A stretch of DNA of 63,997 nt, the filler included, from Rhabdomonas costata (lineage: Eukaryota): assembly GCA_019059605.1 (NCBI GenBank). It is 39 parts of 39 records of this genome, joined end to end, with 100 filler letters (N's around TTAATTAATTAA, not from the genome) between each part and the next. Parts side by side here need not be neighbours in the genome. Positions count along the whole stretch, not along the records: positions 60,817 to 62,359 come from JAHMHO010013392.1; positions 62,460 to 63,997 come from JAHMHO010013399.1; 37 more parts are not named here. The stretch is one strand, 5' to 3'. The notes beneath the pieces were generated by a model. That model saw nothing but the letters and a program-made list of their open reading frames with translations, did not search any database and was not told the DNA's origin. Positions 60,817 to 63,997 of the stretch are shown in pieces (position 1 is the first letter of the stretch; every line of letters starts with the position of its first letter). The translations under genes were made by a program, and so were the position numbers.

Positions 60817-61620
60817 GCTGGCCGGCGCGGAGCATGAGGTCGAAGGACATGTGACCTGCAGCCTCGAAGTCGCTGTCGACGGTGCTGAGGATGAAGAGGT
60901 CTGAGGGGTGAAACCAGAGCTGGCGCTCGTGTTGAGGAGTAACGGCTTGCACACCTTTGGCAATGGTTTGTGGTAAGCGGAGGTCAACGAAGGGAATGAG
61001 GCGAAGCTTGCTGGCCCAGCCGAGGGCTGCAACGGTGGTCCACAAGCGGCCGTGGCACACCTGGGTGGAGTATGCTGCGAGAGCTGATTCAAGTAATTGC
61101 TGTAAGGATGTGACAGGGGGTATATATCGGGAAATGGTGCGGAGGGAACTTGCGTATCCCGTGATTGTGGAGGGTGCGAGGCATTGCAAGGCAAGTCGGA
61201 GTGAGGGCTCCGACGGTGTAATCAGGCCGGAGGCGGCCTGCGTGAGTCAGTACGCGGCGGAGGTGCTGGTGTCCGTGGTGTGCTCGTGGCGGGAGCGGTC
61301 ACGAAACCGGGCAGTGGTTGCGTTCTCGATGGGGCGGTCGGTGCTCTCCACAAAAGTGGCCCCCTTTGGCAAATAGATGTTGTCACCTTTGCGGGTGCAA
61401 TCGAAGAACCAGTGGCCCTTGCCACACTGGTTGCACTGGTGCGGTGGAAGCCGCCGAGTGTCGAAGACCTTACCACCCTTGGAGACGTAGTAACGGGCAG
61501 GGGGCTTCCCACGAGGGAAACTGATCGAAGGGGAGGGGTCTTTGGCTCGCTCAGGGCACTCGCTGCTCCAGTGCCGTTGGTTGCAGGTGTAGCACAGACC
61601 CGGTGGGGGATAATCCGTGC
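60817..61620 (-). mobile_element. Tyrosine-recombinase retrotransposon fragment (VIPER/TATE/DIRS superfamily): zinc-knuckle gag followed by recombinase N-terminus
   Basis: Two CX2CX3HX4C knuckles (CYTCNQRHWSSEC, CNQCGKGHWFFDC). Then LAPSTITGYASSL (YR N-terminal helix motif) and SFDLMLRAGQ (box I F..xLRxxE-like) at the contig edge. No introns. Confidence 0.72.
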
Positions 61621-62515
61621 GCCAAACAAACAGAAAACAAAGAAAAAACAAAAAACAAACAAAAACAAACACATACGGACGATGACGAAATTTGGTTTTC
61701 GAGTCACACCGCAAATTAGCGTTAATTTCTGGTTTGGTGACTCCTGAATACGTTACCACCGATCTTTTGGCCGTTCTATCTCTGCCTGTTTGATACTTTG
61801 TGGAATTTGTGTCCAGCGTGCATATCACTCAGTCGTCTTTTCTTCTACGCGGATTCAAATGGACCAGCCAGTGTTGGTGAAAACTTTGTCTTTCATTACT
61901 ACAGGTTTCAGAAAACTTTCATGTCATACGTTCCACGCATTTTATTTCTTTGTTTACCGGTAAACTCAAAACATGTTTTTAATCCATATAAAACACATAC
62001 AATGCAGGCACACAAGCCTTGTGGAATTTTAACGCATTCATGTGTTCAGATAGAGGTCGTAATTCTGAGTTTCGTGAGGCGCACACACTTCCCACATAAT
62101 CACATAGAGATTCAAAAACAAAGCTTCTACGCTGGCTGATGTTCTTTCCGCTTTCCTGAGATCTTATCCCACAAAACTTAGAGTTTGGTGTGATTTGAGA
62201 CGTACATCAAGGCCTAATTTCAGGAAAAATAAACAGCTTCTCCAGATATCAAACCTAAGAAACCAAGTGCGTCACGTTTAACGATGTTTTTGTGAATTGC
62301 AACACCTTAATTACGTGTGCGGATAATAACGTAATTAAGGTGTTGCAATACACAAAAACNNNNNNNNNNNNNNNNNNNNNNNNNNNNNNNNNNNNNNNNN
62401 NNNTTAATTAATTAANNNNNNNNNNNNNNNNNNNNNNNNNNNNNNNNNNNNNNNNNNNNGTGGGGGATGAGTAGTGTCTGTTTGAGTGAGTGTGTGATGG
62501 GTGTGTGAGCCCCAC

Positions 62516-62659
62516 CATGAGGGAAATCAAGTCGGCCTCGGTGAGATGCTCCGGAGGAGTAGTAGCGCCGTGGTTAAGAAGGATCGCCGTGGGGGTGAAG
62601 GTCTGGCCCTCCGTGTACTGAGGGATTGGGGTGTCCACCCACCGCTCGTACGGGTACAC
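62516..62659 (-). CDS. TOP3: DNA topoisomerase III (type IA, alpha-like) exon
   Basis: ctcag|VYPYERWVDTPIPQYTEGQTFTPTAILLNHGATTPPEHLTEADLISLM|gtgggg, matching VYPYxxW...GxTxPPxxLTEADLIxLM(xxxGIGTDA). Confidence 0.93.
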
Positions 62660-63997
62660 CTGAGCAGGAGGTGGAGGTCGTTCAGAACATTTTCAGACGT
62701 GACAAAAAAGGGCCGTGTGTGCGTGGGGGTGCGTTTATTCCTAAGACCTGCCTCAGTGGACGTGTATGTCTACAGAGACGCAGACAGCAGAGACGGTCTG
62801 CTGGTGGTGGACAGGGGATCGGGGAAGTAAAGTGGTATATAGAAACCAACCGATCTCAACAAACCACCAGGCATGGCCAGAGCTCCTGTGGATACGTTCA
62901 CGTACGTTCACCACCTTCACCACCCTTCCCCTTGCGTGCAAGAGCTATTGCGGCAGTGCACTTCTCATACACAAAATACTCAGAAGATCTGGAAACTCCG
63001 TTCTGAGCGGTACTGACTTCTGGCATTCTGGGTCAACGTACTGGACGATTCCTGCTTCCTTGTGTTTCTCAATCGCATCCTTCAGCTGCACGTTTTTTGT
63101 GGTGACGTCGACACAAACAGAGAAAAAATGGCATTTCATCGGCACTGACAATTTCGTTACCGCACTCTGGGCACGCGGGTACGTTGCTCAGCATGCATCG
63201 GGATATGCCAACTCGCTCAGCGTTGCTCAGAGTAAGCGAACAACCGAGAACAAATCAGGGCGCTCCTCACGTGGGCACAGGCTTCAGTGCCAGGTATGCA
63301 ACTTTGCGGGCAGACGCGACGGTGAGCATCCGGCACTAAGCTTTGCAGACGGCGCTCAGCTTTTCGATATTTTTGGGATTGGTGGCTTTTTGGCGGCCTG
63401 CGCTGTGGCAATTGTTGTTAGCCAGCAGAGCCTGCAGCGGGTGTTGAGGCCGCAGTTGCCGTCGTCGTGGTTCTGCAGGGCTTGCACGAAGGTAGCGAGG
63501 CGCCGTTGTGACATCGGGGCAGATAGCACAGGGGTTGGCGTTTGTGTCCCTCACAAGCACCATATTGGGGATGGTCCTTTTTGATGGATGGGGTGTTCTG
63601 GGGAATTTTCTTCAGTTGTCTACACGCCGTCGGCACGACCTTGCTGCGTGTTTGCATCGACATTCAGCGCGTCGTCGAACACATGTAAGGCGAGTAAGTC
63701 AGCTCTTGTTCGCTTTTCGCATTGCCGGGTCTGGATCAGCACTGCTGGTTTGCAAGCGGATCCTTTCTTCGCTGGAGACCAACTTTGCTCTTGCCAGATC
63801 GAGAATGCGCTCAGCTGCAGTCTCCTCGGTCATTGTGCCAAAAACTCGCGGCAATGGGCTGTCATAAAAGGGAAAGCAAAAAGGATGAGAAGCGTTTTAC
63901 GACCTTTTTAGGAATAAAAAATCCGTACAGTGCGATGCAGGCATGCGAGGTGCTTGGTTCCGTATGCTGTCTTATTGGAACATCTCTACAAAACCAC

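Noticed and set aside
62766-63911. Long overlapping ORFs (272 aa etc.) upstream of the TOP3 exon
   Set aside because: No recognisable motifs or coding-like codon bias; probably intronic or decayed insertion sequence.
1-63997. Co-occurrence of Fic, macro domain, cyclase, nuclease, RT and recombinase as a defence or signalling system
   Set aside because: These lie on different, unlinked contigs ordered only by length, so adjacency has no biological meaning.

Overview
This window is not one locus. It is 39 short (~1.54 kb) contigs joined by 38 artificial 100-nt spacers (N44-TTAATTAATTAA-N44), so nothing can be inferred across spacers. Many contig ends carry G/T-only (or A/C-only) tails and fold-back hairpins, typical of whole-genome-amplification libraries. 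The DNA is from an intron-dense microbial eukaryote with GC-rich 70-400 nt exons, mostly GT-AG introns and several apparent GC-AG introns. A euglenozoan/euglenid origin is my inference from the retroelement type and the cox1 fragment, not a firm identification. Most ORFs in the supplied track are spurious read-throughs of introns or antisense strands. Recognisable partial genes, reconstructed by hand across splice sites: SDR oxidoreductase, RRM protein, SAM methyltransferase, dual-specificity phosphatase, CHD1L/ALC1, group II PLP decarboxylase, NudC/CS protein, degenerate class III nucleotide cyclase, Fic protein, calpain-like protein, ZIP transporter, ankyrin protein, lipase 3, RPS19, PARN, GT37-like fucosyltransferase and topoisomerase III. 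Two signals stand out. One is a cox1 heme-binding fragment missed by the ORF track, with an in-frame TAG at the conserved Tyr of HDTY (16443-16610). The other is a tyrosine-recombinase retroelement fragment in which a double zinc-knuckle gag and the recombinase share a frame, separated by one TGA (60817-61620). I found no CRISPR array, tRNA or rRNA, and no multi-gene novel system can be supported from contigs this short.
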